Positions 27,518 to 36,394 of a DNA stretch of 64,000 nt are shown piece by piece (position 1 is the first letter of the stretch; each line of letters opens with the position of its first letter). The stretch is from a virus (taxonomy: Duplodnaviria > Heunggongvirae > Uroviricota > Caudoviricetes). The stretch spans positions 18,145 through 82,144 of IMG/VR virus record IMGVR_UViG_3300029740_000003; one strand, written 5' to 3'. The notes below the pieces were generated by a model. That model had not been told where the DNA came from. It did not search any database and saw only the letters and a program-made list of their open reading frames with translations. Position numbers and translations under genes: made by a program.

Positions 27518-28140
27518 TCACCATCCTCACTATTAGAGGCGAGTCGGGTTCGGAGTTCCCTCAACCGGCCTAACCGTTCCTCCACAGCCTGAATACGAAC
27601 GTCAACCGCAGTCAACGTGTCACCATCCGGCTCAGACAACTCATACTTGCCGGACGACAGTCGTTCCAGAAAACTGGTGGGAACATCCCATACCAATAAT
27701 CGGAGTTTGTCGGGACTGAGATTCAACCCCGTATACAAGCCGGTTTTAGGCCACATGCCATCCACGAGAGCCACATTCGGCATCATGCGCGGTGGACGGT
27801 CGGGCTGATATTTTTCGACTAGGATTCGACCAGCGAACCAGATAATGTCGCTATCCTGCTTGGAGTACGCGTACAAGTAGTCGTAGGGGTCGATGGTGAC
27901 TGTGACACGCTTTTCAGCGTCCACGCCCTTATGCCACCAGAAATATTTGTCTAAAGCTTCGAACACCAGCCTTTCCACACGCATATCGAACGTCCAAGTC
28001 TTCAACTTGTCATCAAACGTTCCACCCAACGCGCGGGAGCGACGTGCGAACAACGGATTATACGGAGCCTTAACCTTCAAACGGACATCACTGCGAGTGA
28101 CCGTAATATCATCAAACCTACCATGACAGTTTCCTTTCAC
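27514..28140 (-). CDS. hypothetical protein
   Basis: 208 aa ORF. Confidence 0.5.
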   Translation of the reverse strand: MKGNCHGRFDDITVTRSDVRLKVKAPYNPLFARRSRALGGTFDDKLKTWTFDMRVERLVFEALDKYFWWHKGVDAEKRVTVTIDPYDYLYAYSKQDSDIIWFAGRILVEKYQPDRPPRMMPNVALVDGMWPKTGLYTGLNLSPDKLRLLVWDVPTSFLERLSSGKYELSEPDGDTLTAVDVRIQAVEERLGRLRELRTRLASNSEDGE

Positions 28141-28394
28141 TCAAACGGCATACTCTGACCAATGCGCTGATAACCTCTAAAGCCCCACATGGGCGAAGTC
28201 CCGAGGAAGGAAAATGCAAGTAAACCCAGTGTAACACCAAGCTGGGAAGAAAAACTAGCCGACAAGCATGCCGAGTGAAATACGATACAATCCAAGCCTC
28301 ACGAAATCTCATCCAAACGATTGAGGAAGCGGAAGATTCTGCGCCACCGCTTCCAGCAGATTACACCCCTCCACCAATCTGGAAAGTCCGGAAA

Positions 28395-29657
28395 TCACGG
28401 GTGAAAAGCCAGCTTCCGCATTTCACAATGCCTCCGATACCACGCTTTCTCCCGAGCGCACAGTCCACGACGGTGAGTTAGACCCGACAGTGTGCTCTCA
28501 TGGCTCGTCCAAGAATCCTGAACTGTCCGCAATCCCACATGCACGCCATCATATGAGCGGATAAGGTTACGCGCATGCCGTCGGCTTGCACGCAACGCCT
28601 TATGGTGCATGCGGATAAGAATACTGCCGTCATCCTGTACGCTGTATACGCGTTTCAGGAATGTGAGTTGACCGGTGCGACAGTCCACTATGCGGGTCTT
28701 GCGCTTGTTCAACCGCAATCCCAATTGATTGACATGCCGCTCGTAACCGGCCAGCACACGTTCGGCCTGTTCACGATTCTTGCAGAAACAGTAGGCATCA
28801 TCCATATACCGTCCGTAGAATCCTTGCGACATGCACCAGTGGTCAACCTTGTTCAAATACCAGATAGCCATGGTTTGGCTTGTCTGATTGCCTAAACCCA
28901 AGTGAGGTTCGTCCAATACGAAGATTCTCAATACGGTTAGAATCCGTTCCACATCCTGCTTCTCCCGTCCGGTGCGGGCGATGCTCCGGTACAGGGTGGA
29001 AATCATATCGAACGCTCGTTGGGAGCTGATACTTCCGAAATAGTTGGAACAGTCGAAGATGACAGCATACGGATGCTCCCATTTGCCCAAAGCCCGCTTA
29101 TAGTGTAGTTCGAACCGTTTTCGGGCGAACGATGTTCCACGTTTCGGTAGGCTTGCCGCATTATCGTATATCAGTTGGCTTTCCACGATGGGGACGAGAC
29201 TGTTGTCGCATAAGGCGCGTTGCACCACCCGGTCTCGGAAGGATACCGCGCTGATGTGGCGGAGTTTGCCTCGTTCGGAAATGTCGAATCGGATTGGCGC
29301 TCTCTTCTTGTATGTGCCGTCCTCTAATTCTTGGGCGAGTTTCCAACAGTTGACGGCACGCCTATTGTCGAAGTTCAACACTGTGTTTTTCCATGTGACG
29401 CCGCGTTTGCATTTTCTTGCGGCTTGGTAGAGCGCGTCGAATCCGAATGTTTGTTGGAAGTCGATGTAACGGTGGAGCTTCCTGTACTTATCATCCGAGC
29501 GTTGTTGCAGTCTGCGTTGGCGTCTTCTACGTCTTTGACTCGCATTCACGATTTTAATGCTTCCTTCACTAGGGAAAGAGAAAAGAATGGTTGAGGGCAG
29601 GTCGTCGGCAACAACCCAAGACATGCAATGATGTTGGACGCCCAGCTTAAGGGGCAA
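28395..29657 (-). CDS. diversity-generating retroelement (DGR) reverse transcriptase
   Basis: RT motifs: DRVVQRAL (domain 2), FDCSNYFGSI (domain 3), LGLGNQTSQTMAIWYL (the LGxxxSQ variant of QGxxxSP diagnostic of DGR RTs), YMDD, LGLRLNKRKTRIV; flanked by TR/VR pair. Confidence 0.8.
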   Translation of the reverse strand: MPLKLGVQHHCMSWVVADDLPSTILFSFPSEGSIKIVNASQRRRRRQRRLQQRSDDKYRKLHRYIDFQQTFGFDALYQAARKCKRGVTWKNTVLNFDNRRAVNCWKLAQELEDGTYKKRAPIRFDISERGKLRHISAVSFRDRVVQRALCDNSLVPIVESQLIYDNAASLPKRGTSFARKRFELHYKRALGKWEHPYAVIFDCSNYFGSISSQRAFDMISTLYRSIARTGREKQDVERILTVLRIFVLDEPHLGLGNQTSQTMAIWYLNKVDHWCMSQGFYGRYMDDAYCFCKNREQAERVLAGYERHVNQLGLRLNKRKTRIVDCRTGQLTFLKRVYSVQDDGSILIRMHHKALRASRRHARNLIRSYDGVHVGLRTVQDSWTSHESTLSGLTHRRGLCAREKAWYRRHCEMRKLAFHP

Positions 29658-29818
29658 GTATCCGTCGTTTCCGACAGTCTTAATATCTCCCTCAACCTAT
29701 TTCACACGCAACCCATTTTTCGAGGGGCCGCGCATTCGACCATATCCCCTTCCCCTTCGGGAGGCTTTCACCCATTGGGCTACTGGCCTATCTGATGTTA
29801 GTTTTTGGTAAGAGGAAT

Positions 29819-29972
29819 CGGGGACAACGGAGTAGCGATTGTTGGCATTGTTGTTGTAGCTGGGGTCGCCGTTCGAGTTCACTTGGAGGAAATTGTTGTT
29901 GTTGTTCGGGTTGGGCGAACGCTCCCACCAATTGTTGTTGTTAGCACCAAGAGGAGTGGAACCGGAAACGGT
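29819..29972 (-). repeat. DGR template repeat (TR)
   Basis: 154 nt, 131/154 identical to 30617-30770; all 23 differences fall where the TR sense (minus) strand has A; encodes runs of AAC/AAT (LGANNNNWWERSPNPNNNNN). Confidence 0.85.
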
Positions 29973-30014
29973 GTCACCATAGTTTGGATATGGCCGATTT
30001 TGTTCAATTATATT

Positions 30015-30530
30015 TTAGGCTTGCGCCCGAGTATCCATTATAGTGTTCGTTTTCGACTCGGCGTTTTTAGCTTTCTTCAACTGGTCTCGCTCATACTTGA
30101 CGGCTCCGGTGAACACGCCCATCGCCTTGTAGAGGGTTCCCGCATAGTTCACGAATTTCTTCTCCTTGACGACGGGATTGTATCTGGGGTCGCCTTCCGG
30201 ATATTTCCTGTAGGCTTCCAAGTCTTTTTCCCGTGGAGGAAACTCCATCCAATCGTCCACAAGACCGGAGAGTGAGTTCAGCATGCCTTGGGCCTTGCAC
30301 AACAGTTGCAGTTTCATCTCATGCTCTTCTACAGTGCTTGCATAAATGATGTCGGCACTGTAGGCGGAGGAGTACATTTCGTAGGCGATATGCATGACAT
30401 GCACGGTTTCAATGCAGTTACGGCTTTTAGGCCATTTGCGGAACAGATTTCTGGTAGCCAAGAGCACGATTCTGGCCTGATTCGCATATTCGCTTTTGGC
30501 TTTTGTACGTTTGCTTGCGGGAACCGTCAT
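30015..30530 (-). CDS. putative DGR accessory protein (Avd-like small basic helical protein)
   Basis: 171 aa, basic and helical, positioned between the target gene and TR as in canonical target-avd-TR-RT cassettes. Confidence 0.45.
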   Translation of the reverse strand: MTVPASKRTKAKSEYANQARIVLLATRNLFRKWPKSRNCIETVHVMHIAYEMYSSAYSADIIYASTVEEHEMKLQLLCKAQGMLNSLSGLVDDWMEFPPREKDLEAYRKYPEGDPRYNPVVKEKKFVNYAGTLYKAMGVFTGAVKYERDQLKKAKNAESKTNTIMDTRAQA

Positions 30531-30562
30531 AGGACTCCTTTTGTGTGAGATTTGAGTTTGGA

Positions 30563-30590
30563 GGGGTGGTGGGGATGAACCCCACCACCC
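30563..30590 (-). promoter_or_regulatory. GC-rich hairpin immediately 3' of the VR (DGR target-recognition stem-loop)
   Basis: GGGGTGGTGGGG-ATGAA-CCCCACCACCC, 13-40 nt downstream of the target stop, analogous to the stem-loop flanking the IMH in the Bordetella phage DGR. Confidence 0.55.
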
Positions 30591-30602
30591 AAGGATTGGG
30601 GA

Positions 30603-31649
30603 TTAGAAGGAGAAAGCGGGGACAACGGAGTAGCGATAGTCGGCACCGAGGTAGTAGCTGGGGTCGCCGTCCGAGTACACATGGAGGAAAAAGGTGTAGT
30701 TGCCCGGGTCGGGCGAACGCTCCCACCAACGGTCGTAGTAAGCACCAAGAGGAGCGGAACCGGAAACGGTCTTGTAGATGCCGGAGAGAATGCTATTACC
30801 CGACCAGTTATTTGTCACCTTACCGTGGAAATACTCGTATTGGCTTCCCTCCTGATTCAACGCTTGGAAACCACCAGAGGTCTTCCAACCATCGTATAAG
30901 GTTGGTACGAGTTCACGGTAGGAGACGAGCCATACTTTGTCTGCCGTGGCTGACGCGCTTGAACCGACTGTGCTTCCGTAGGCCATGTTGTTGGTTTGTT
31001 TCAGCACGGTTGTGACGTTGTTTTGGAAGTCGGTTGGGAATTGGTTCCAGATTTCACCATTGTTCATCTGATTGCGGAGAAGACTGTCACGCCAGCCGCC
31101 ATTATTGGTGTGACTATTGTTCATGGCATACGCTTTCGGTAACGCGTTCCAAGCCATGAACGTCAATCCTGCTTTTCGTCCACTTCCGTCGGCTTTGTCG
31201 TCGTGGAGGATGCCGATGAGTCGGAATGGGAGGTTCGAGCCGTCTGATAGGGTGAGCGTGCCTTTGACTTCGGTCGCGTGTGCGTCCGCGTCGGCTGTGG
31301 ATTGGATGGCCTGAGCCTCCTGCTGGCGTAGGTACAGTTCCGCGTCGGCGTGTTTTTGGGTTGTGTACATTTGCGCGTCGGCCTGCTGTTCGGCGGCGTA
31401 ACGGTCGGCGTCGGCCTTCTTGCGGATGGTCGCGTTCAGTTTTTGCTCTTCGATTTCGGCGTTCTTCTGTTCGAGGACTGCCTTCTTTTCGGCGGCGGCG
31501 ATTTCAGCCTCTTGCTCCTTGACTTTGAGAGTTTTGGACTGTTCGGCGGCGGTGATGCCCTTCACCGCGTCGGCCTCGGCCTGCGCCTTGTCAGAGATGG
31601 ATTGGAGTTCGGCTCGTTTCAGGTCGAGCTGGTTCTGACGGACGGCCAC
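30603..31649 (-). CDS. DGR variable (target) protein: coiled-coil N-terminal region and C-terminal C-type-lectin-like variable domain
   Basis: 348 aa from a GTG start; the C-terminal 50 aa are encoded by the VR; the N-terminus is A/E/Q/K heptad-rich like a flotillin coiled coil; in frame with the upstream SPFH ORF across a single TAG. Confidence 0.75.
   Translation of the reverse strand: MAVRQNQLDLKRAELQSISDKAQAEADAVKGITAAEQSKTLKVKEQEAEIAAAEKKAVLEQKNAEIEEQKLNATIRKKADADRYAAEQQADAQMYTTQKHADAELYLRQQEAQAIQSTADADAHATEVKGTLTLSDGSNLPFRLIGILHDDKADGSGRKAGLTFMAWNALPKAYAMNNSHTNNGGWRDSLLRNQMNNGEIWNQFPTDFQNNVTTVLKQTNNMAYGSTVGSSASATADKVWLVSYRELVPTLYDGWKTSGGFQALNQEGSQYEYFHGKVTNNWSGNSILSGIYKTVSGSAPLGAYYDRWWERSPDPGNYTFFLHVYSDGDPSYYLGADYRYSVVPAFSF
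30617..30770 (-). repeat. DGR variable repeat (VR) at the 3' end of the target gene
   Basis: cognate of the TR; in frame, encodes ...LGAYYDRWWERSPDPGNYTF...; ends 4 codons before the stop at 30603. Confidence 0.85.
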
Positions 31650-31652
31650 ATC

Positions 31653-32294
31653 CTATTCCGCGTTGATGGACGCGAGCTTCGCATTCCGGCTGATTTCGGC
31701 GGCCATTTCAGCACCCATGTTGGCGATGACGTTCTGACGGTCGGTGAAGTCTTGAATGTTGAACGTGGTCAATTGAAGGCCAAGCCGTTCCATATCCACG
31801 CGGGCGGATTCGTCCACGGTCGCGGCGAACGTGTCCCTGTTCTCCATGAGCTCCTTCAACTCGGTCTTGCCGATGACCTCGCGCAGCTTGCCCAAGAGCA
31901 CCTGCGTCACGTCCTTCTCCATTCGCTCCTTGGACTGGTTCAGATAGTTCTTGGCGGCGTTCTCCAACGCCTTCACCTGTTTACCGTTCTCGTCCACGGT
32001 CATGGTCTCGGACGCTATCTGGAAGTTCGCGACGGCGTTCACGTCGATGAGGATTGCGTCCTTCGTCGGAATCGGCGTGTCGGTTCTCAGGAGCGACTGC
32101 ACCGCTCCGAGGGAGAGCCAGTCCACGCGCATGATGAAGGGTATGATGAATGCGCTTCCGCCGGAGACGAAGCGTCGTCCGCCCGGCCCGGTGATGACCA
32201 TTACCCGGTCGGCGGGGCAGACCTTGTAGCTTGCGGTCGCGAGCAGGATGATGAGTATCGCCACTGCCGCGACGATTAGCAATGTTGTTGGCAT
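31653..32294 (-). CDS. SPFH/band-7 (flotillin-like) domain protein, N-terminal TM; possibly the N-terminal part of the DGR target gene
   Basis: 213 aa; TM LLIVAAVAILIILLATA then typical SPFH core (VMVITGPGGRRFVSGGSAFIIPF..., IDVNAVANFQIA); TAG stop verified at 31653-31655, followed in frame by gat gtg. Confidence 0.65.
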   Translation of the reverse strand: MPTTLLIVAAVAILIILLATASYKVCPADRVMVITGPGGRRFVSGGSAFIIPFIMRVDWLSLGAVQSLLRTDTPIPTKDAILIDVNAVANFQIASETMTVDENGKQVKALENAAKNYLNQSKERMEKDVTQVLLGKLREVIGKTELKELMENRDTFAATVDESARVDMERLGLQLTTFNIQDFTDRQNVIANMGAEMAAEISRNAKLASINAE

Positions 32295-32345
32295 TGACTT
32301 TTCCTTTCTTTTTTTGTGGGCATACCCACTATGACAGAACTTGTT

Positions 32346-33686
32346 TCAGAACTCGTTTTCGAAACCTGCGGCCATGTCCGCGAATTTGGAGCATTCGCCC
32401 ATGAACGCGAGATTGAACGTTTCGGTAGGCCCGTTGCGATGTTTGGCGAGAATCACGTCGGCTTCGCCCGGACGTTCCTCACGGTCGTAGTATTCGGGAC
32501 GATGCACGAGGAACACCATGTCGGCGTCCTGTTCGATGGAACCGGACTCTCTCAGGTCGGACAGTTCCGGCTTCTTGTCGGCACGCTGTTCCGCATTACG
32601 GTTCAACTGGGAGAGCACGACCACGGGGCATTGCAGTTCCTTGGCGAGCATTTTGCATTGGCGGGAGAAGTTCGACACTTCCTGCTGACGGTTCTCGACG
32701 GTTTTACCGGAGGACATGAGTTGCAGGTAGTCGATGACGATAAGCTTCAACCCGTTGACCTTGCGGCTGAGAGCACGGCATTTCGCACGGATGGTGCTCA
32801 TGTTGATGATGGCGGAATCATCAACCCACAATGGTGTCTTCTCGACCTGATGGCAGAGCGCGTTGAGTTTGTTCCAATCATTCGAGTTCAGATTCTCGGG
32901 ATGTTGGAACGATGCGAGACGGATGCCTGTTTCGGCTGCGAACATGCGTTGCATGAGTTCGTGACCGCCCATTTCCAGACTGAAAATCACAGTCGGCAGA
33001 CCCTTGTGCAGTGCGGCGTTACGCGCGAAATCCATGCCGAGAGTACTCTTGCCCATGCCCGGACGGCCCGCGACTATGACCATTTGTCCGGCTTGCAATC
33101 CGTGCGTCAACGCGTCGATGTCACGGAAGCCGGTGGGTGTTCCGAACTCGTTCGGATTCTGTGACATTTCATCCAACTGTTGGAGCATTTCGTCGGACAG
33201 GCGGTATGCGGTCTTCAACTCGTCGTCTTCGGAACGGCTTGAATCCTCCAACGAGAACGCGGCCTCCAACGATTTGCTGAGCACATCTTCGGCTGACGCG
33301 TCGGATACGTTGCTCATCTGTTGCAACTGCTGTCCGACCATGTTGATGTGGCGGAGGATGGCCGCGTCACGAATCTGCTTGATGAAATAGTCACTGTTGT
33401 TCGACGTGGGCGCGGAGCCGACAAGCTGGGCGATGTAGTCGATGCCGCCGACCTGTTCCAACTGTCCGTTGTCCATCATGTGCGAGGACAGCATTTGCGC
33501 GTCCACACGGTTATTGTCTGCGGCCAGTTCCTTTATATTATGGAAGATGGTCTGGTTGGTCGGCTGGTAGAAGTCCTCTTCGGAAAGTTGGCTGATGACC
33601 TTGTCCAACGTTTCCGCGTCTTGAAGCATGGCCCCCAACAATACTTGCTCGGCCATGTCCTTGTGGATTGGTGTGGGGACGCTCAC
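32346..33686 (-). CDS. dnaB: replicative DNA helicase DnaB
   Basis: 446 aa; N-terminal DnaB domain (EQVLLGAML...), Walker A GRPGMGKSTLGMDFA, Walker B LIVIDYLQLM, arginine finger region. Confidence 0.85.
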   Translation of the reverse strand: MSVPTPIHKDMAEQVLLGAMLQDAETLDKVISQLSEEDFYQPTNQTIFHNIKELAADNNRVDAQMLSSHMMDNGQLEQVGGIDYIAQLVGSAPTSNNSDYFIKQIRDAAILRHINMVGQQLQQMSNVSDASAEDVLSKSLEAAFSLEDSSRSEDDELKTAYRLSDEMLQQLDEMSQNPNEFGTPTGFRDIDALTHGLQAGQMVIVAGRPGMGKSTLGMDFARNAALHKGLPTVIFSLEMGGHELMQRMFAAETGIRLASFQHPENLNSNDWNKLNALCHQVEKTPLWVDDSAIINMSTIRAKCRALSRKVNGLKLIVIDYLQLMSSGKTVENRQQEVSNFSRQCKMLAKELQCPVVVLSQLNRNAEQRADKKPELSDLRESGSIEQDADMVFLVHRPEYYDREERPGEADVILAKHRNGPTETFNLAFMGECSKFADMAAGFENEF

Positions 33687-34081
33687 TTGTCGTTGTTCTC
33701 CTTCTTGCCGGTGTTGGTCTGATTCTTGTTCAACGTCTCATACAGGCGGTGTTCCGTTTGCCAACGTTTGACACGGGATTTGCTGGGATGGTTGACCCAC
33801 CGGTATACGCAACGTTCTATGCGCTTGTATCCGAGGACTTCCGGTCCGAGATTGTGACTGCGGAATATCTCCGAGGGACGTTCCCCTTGCAGATATCGGA
33901 GGGTCACTTCGTCTTGGAATTGGGTGGTGAAGATTACCCACCATCCGTGCTTGTTTTTCAAGACGTTGACGACTTCCGGCCGTCTTCCCAAGGCCAAAGC
34001 CTCGTCTGCGGTCAGAAGCTTCGCCGGGGATGTGTTCGGTTTTTTCGGTTTTTCGACCATGCTTTTGTTCGTCCTTTCCAA
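33683..34081 (-). CDS. hypothetical protein (overlaps the dnaB start by 4 nt)
   Basis: 132 aa, translationally coupled to dnaB. Confidence 0.45.
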   Translation of the reverse strand: MERTNKSMVEKPKKPNTSPAKLLTADEALALGRRPEVVNVLKNKHGWWVIFTTQFQDEVTLRYLQGERPSEIFRSHNLGPEVLGYKRIERCVYRWVNHPSKSRVKRWQTEHRLYETLNKNQTNTGKKENNDK

Positions 34082-34083
34082 GG

Positions 34084-35847
34084 TCAGATTGCGTCCGGGA
34101 ACTGTTCGTTCGGAGAGAATTTGAGGAGTTTCACAGTCGCTCCCTCACGCCATTTGTTCCACGCTTTGATGGTGATTCCGACGATGCGTCGGCGGGTTGG
34201 ACGGTCGCTGTGCGCTCCACGCTTATTGATATCGAACAGCGTGTTGCGGAGTACGAGAATGGGGCTTCCCTCGTCAAGGTTAGCGCCGGAGGCGAGCATG
34301 TCGAAGAACCGTTCGCACGCCTCACCGTCGATTTCGTTGAACGTCCAGTAGAGGAGCGCGGCCATGCTGGTGGACATGAGATGATTGCTTTTCGTGTAGA
34401 ACGTGCTGGCCTGTCGTAGCGTATCCTCCAATTGCGGAGTGCTTTCGATGAACGTCAGCAGTTCATTTCGGGTCGGTGACATGTTGTTGACGCATGCGGC
34501 TTCCACACCCAACTGTTCGCTCAGATAGATGGAACGGGCCACGGTGGAAAGCTGTTTGGCGTTGTTACGGCCTTTCAGTTCGAGCACGTTAGCCATGGTG
34601 CGGACCTTGCCCGCATCCATGGTCTCCTGCGTGTCTTCGGGCAGTCCGCGAATGACCAGAGTGCGGAACGGAACACCGGATTCGACGCATGCGAGGAGCC
34701 TGTGCTGTCCGTCCAACAAGCGTCCCGTGTTGCTGAATTTGATGGCTTCGCCGTTCATTTTCCAAGCCTTCTGCGCCATGGTTCGGGCGAACAGTTCGAC
34801 CTGTGTGCGGCTCACGTTGCGGTTGTTGGTGTTCACGCCGAGCATTTCCTTGGCAACGTCCGGTGTGATGGTTTCGACCCGTCCGGTGATGCTGTCCCAA
34901 TCGTATTCGTCGGTTTCACTGGCGTAGGATGGCGTGGCCTTGGGTGCTGGCTCTTCCGGTTTCAAATGGATGAGCAACGTGGTTTTCGGAGCGCCGGAAT
35001 GCCGTCTGATTTCGGTTTTCGGTGGTTTCACTTCGACCGTCTCGTACTGTTCGGATTCCTCGACCTGATTCATGGCGAACGCGAACGCGGTCATGGTGAA
35101 CGCGAGCATGAACCTGTCCACGCTTCGTTTCGGAGGGAACTGTTTCATTCCGTCGATGATGCGGGTGGCGTCCGAATGGGTGATGTATGGGCAGTGGTTC
35201 ACAACCGTGTCCAGTCCGCCCTCGTATTCCTTATGGGTGAGGAAGACGAATGGTGCGAGGGGAGTACGCGCCTGTGCCATTCCCTTGAAGCATTGGCCGA
35301 CCTCATTGTAGATTTCACCAACCTGACGGTAACGTGAAACAGTGTCGATGCCGTACTCGTCCACGGGGTTCGTGTACTCGTATTCGTTGTTTTTGAAGAT
35401 GCGTTCGTTGTATCGGCTGGCCTCACGCATTCCGGAGCAACGTCCGAAACCGAGCGTGGTTCCGCTGCTTTTCGTACCGTCAGTCCGTTTCAGATTGTCT
35501 TTGCTCAGCCAGTAGGCTTCCATATCCGCGATGAATGTTTTCGCCGCGACTTTCTTGGTGAGGTTCCGTCCGGTCATACGGGCGAAGTATTCTCCTTCGA
35601 CGCCGGTGAGGACTGGCAGTCCGGTTCCGACGAACAGATTATCAGGCAGTAGGCCGTACCATTCGGGGTTGATTTCATGGTCGCTCATGTAGGAGAGAAT
35701 CCGTCCCACGCTGTCACGGTCGATGAACACTGTCCGCGCGTTGGCGAATGAGTCAACGTCGAGATTCAACGCCTTGCATGTCGGGAGGAGGTCTTTCTGA
35801 ATCATGGTCATGAACCGTGGTTCGGTTTTGATGTCTTTGTTAGGCAT
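34084..35847 (-). CDS. DGQHR-domain (DndB/ParB-like nuclease fold) protein with large N-terminal domain of unknown function
   Basis: 587 aa; C-terminal FSNTGRLLDGQHRLLACVESGVPFRTLVIRGLPED matches the DGQHR/ParB-like motif. Confidence 0.5.
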   Translation of the reverse strand: MPNKDIKTEPRFMTMIQKDLLPTCKALNLDVDSFANARTVFIDRDSVGRILSYMSDHEINPEWYGLLPDNLFVGTGLPVLTGVEGEYFARMTGRNLTKKVAAKTFIADMEAYWLSKDNLKRTDGTKSSGTTLGFGRCSGMREASRYNERIFKNNEYEYTNPVDEYGIDTVSRYRQVGEIYNEVGQCFKGMAQARTPLAPFVFLTHKEYEGGLDTVVNHCPYITHSDATRIIDGMKQFPPKRSVDRFMLAFTMTAFAFAMNQVEESEQYETVEVKPPKTEIRRHSGAPKTTLLIHLKPEEPAPKATPSYASETDEYDWDSITGRVETITPDVAKEMLGVNTNNRNVSRTQVELFARTMAQKAWKMNGEAIKFSNTGRLLDGQHRLLACVESGVPFRTLVIRGLPEDTQETMDAGKVRTMANVLELKGRNNAKQLSTVARSIYLSEQLGVEAACVNNMSPTRNELLTFIESTPQLEDTLRQASTFYTKSNHLMSTSMAALLYWTFNEIDGEACERFFDMLASGANLDEGSPILVLRNTLFDINKRGAHSDRPTRRRIVGITIKAWNKWREGATVKLLKFSPNEQFPDAI

Positions 35848-36391
35848 GGTTTCCTTCCTTCAATCGTTTCAGCATCCGGTAGGTTTTGGGGGCGCAACCG
35901 GATGGATTGTGTTCCTCTTTCCGATACTGTTTTTCGAGTTCGCTCCAATGGTCGATGATGGTTTTCCAATCGTCCGACACGTCGCGCATGAGACTCAGAT
36001 AGGCACGTGCGACTGGCACCATGTCGAACATTCCGAGTATCCGACGTAGGTCTCCGGGGTCTTTCGGAGTGTCCTCGCAACCATGTTCGCGCGTGCCGTT
36101 CACGGTCATTGTGATTCCGGTGAGCCGTTGGACGATGGCGAGCGAGCTGAGGCCCACGTCACCGTTGGCGAGCCATGCGGCGAACAGTTCCAACGGAAGT
36201 CTGGGACTGTCCGTCATGCCGTCGGAGGCTGGGTTGAGGTTGGCAACGAGCCTGTTCTTCGGAACGTCCGCGATGATGTCCGGCTGGGTTTCGGAGTCTG
36301 GTATTCGACCGTAGACGAGATGGTTGTTGACGAGTATGGACGGTTGTCGGCCACCATATACGCCGATGGTGCAAACGGTGTCTTCGACCAT
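35840..36391 (-). CDS. hypothetical protein
   Basis: 183 aa ORF in the same operon. Confidence 0.45.
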   Translation of the reverse strand: MVEDTVCTIGVYGGRQPSILVNNHLVYGRIPDSETQPDIIADVPKNRLVANLNPASDGMTDSPRLPLELFAAWLANGDVGLSSLAIVQRLTGITMTVNGTREHGCEDTPKDPGDLRRILGMFDMVPVARAYLSLMRDVSDDWKTIIDHWSELEKQYRKEEHNPSGCAPKTYRMLKRLKEGNHA

Positions 36392-36394
36392 GGT

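Noticed and set aside
28395-29657. Reverse transcriptase considered as group II intron maturase or retron RT
   Set aside because: There is no intron RNA domain structure or En/maturase extension, and no msr/msd-like inverted repeats upstream. Instead there is the LGxxxSQ motif and an adjacent TR/VR pair with A-specific mismatches, so it is a DGR RT.
29805-30275. Plus-strand ORFs 29805-30275 and 30681-30899 that share the peptide RVGRTLPP(I/T)VVVSTKRSGTGNG
   Set aside because: They are antisense read-throughs of the DGR TR and VR. The shared peptide simply reflects the TR/VR nucleotide repeat, so they are not genes.
31649-31655. Treating 31653-32294 and 30603-31649 simply as two independent genes
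   Set aside because: This is not fully rejected, but the same reading frame, the single intervening TAG plus one codon, and the SPFH-then-coiled-coil domain logic make a split or readthrough single gene at least as likely. It is reported as a finding instead.
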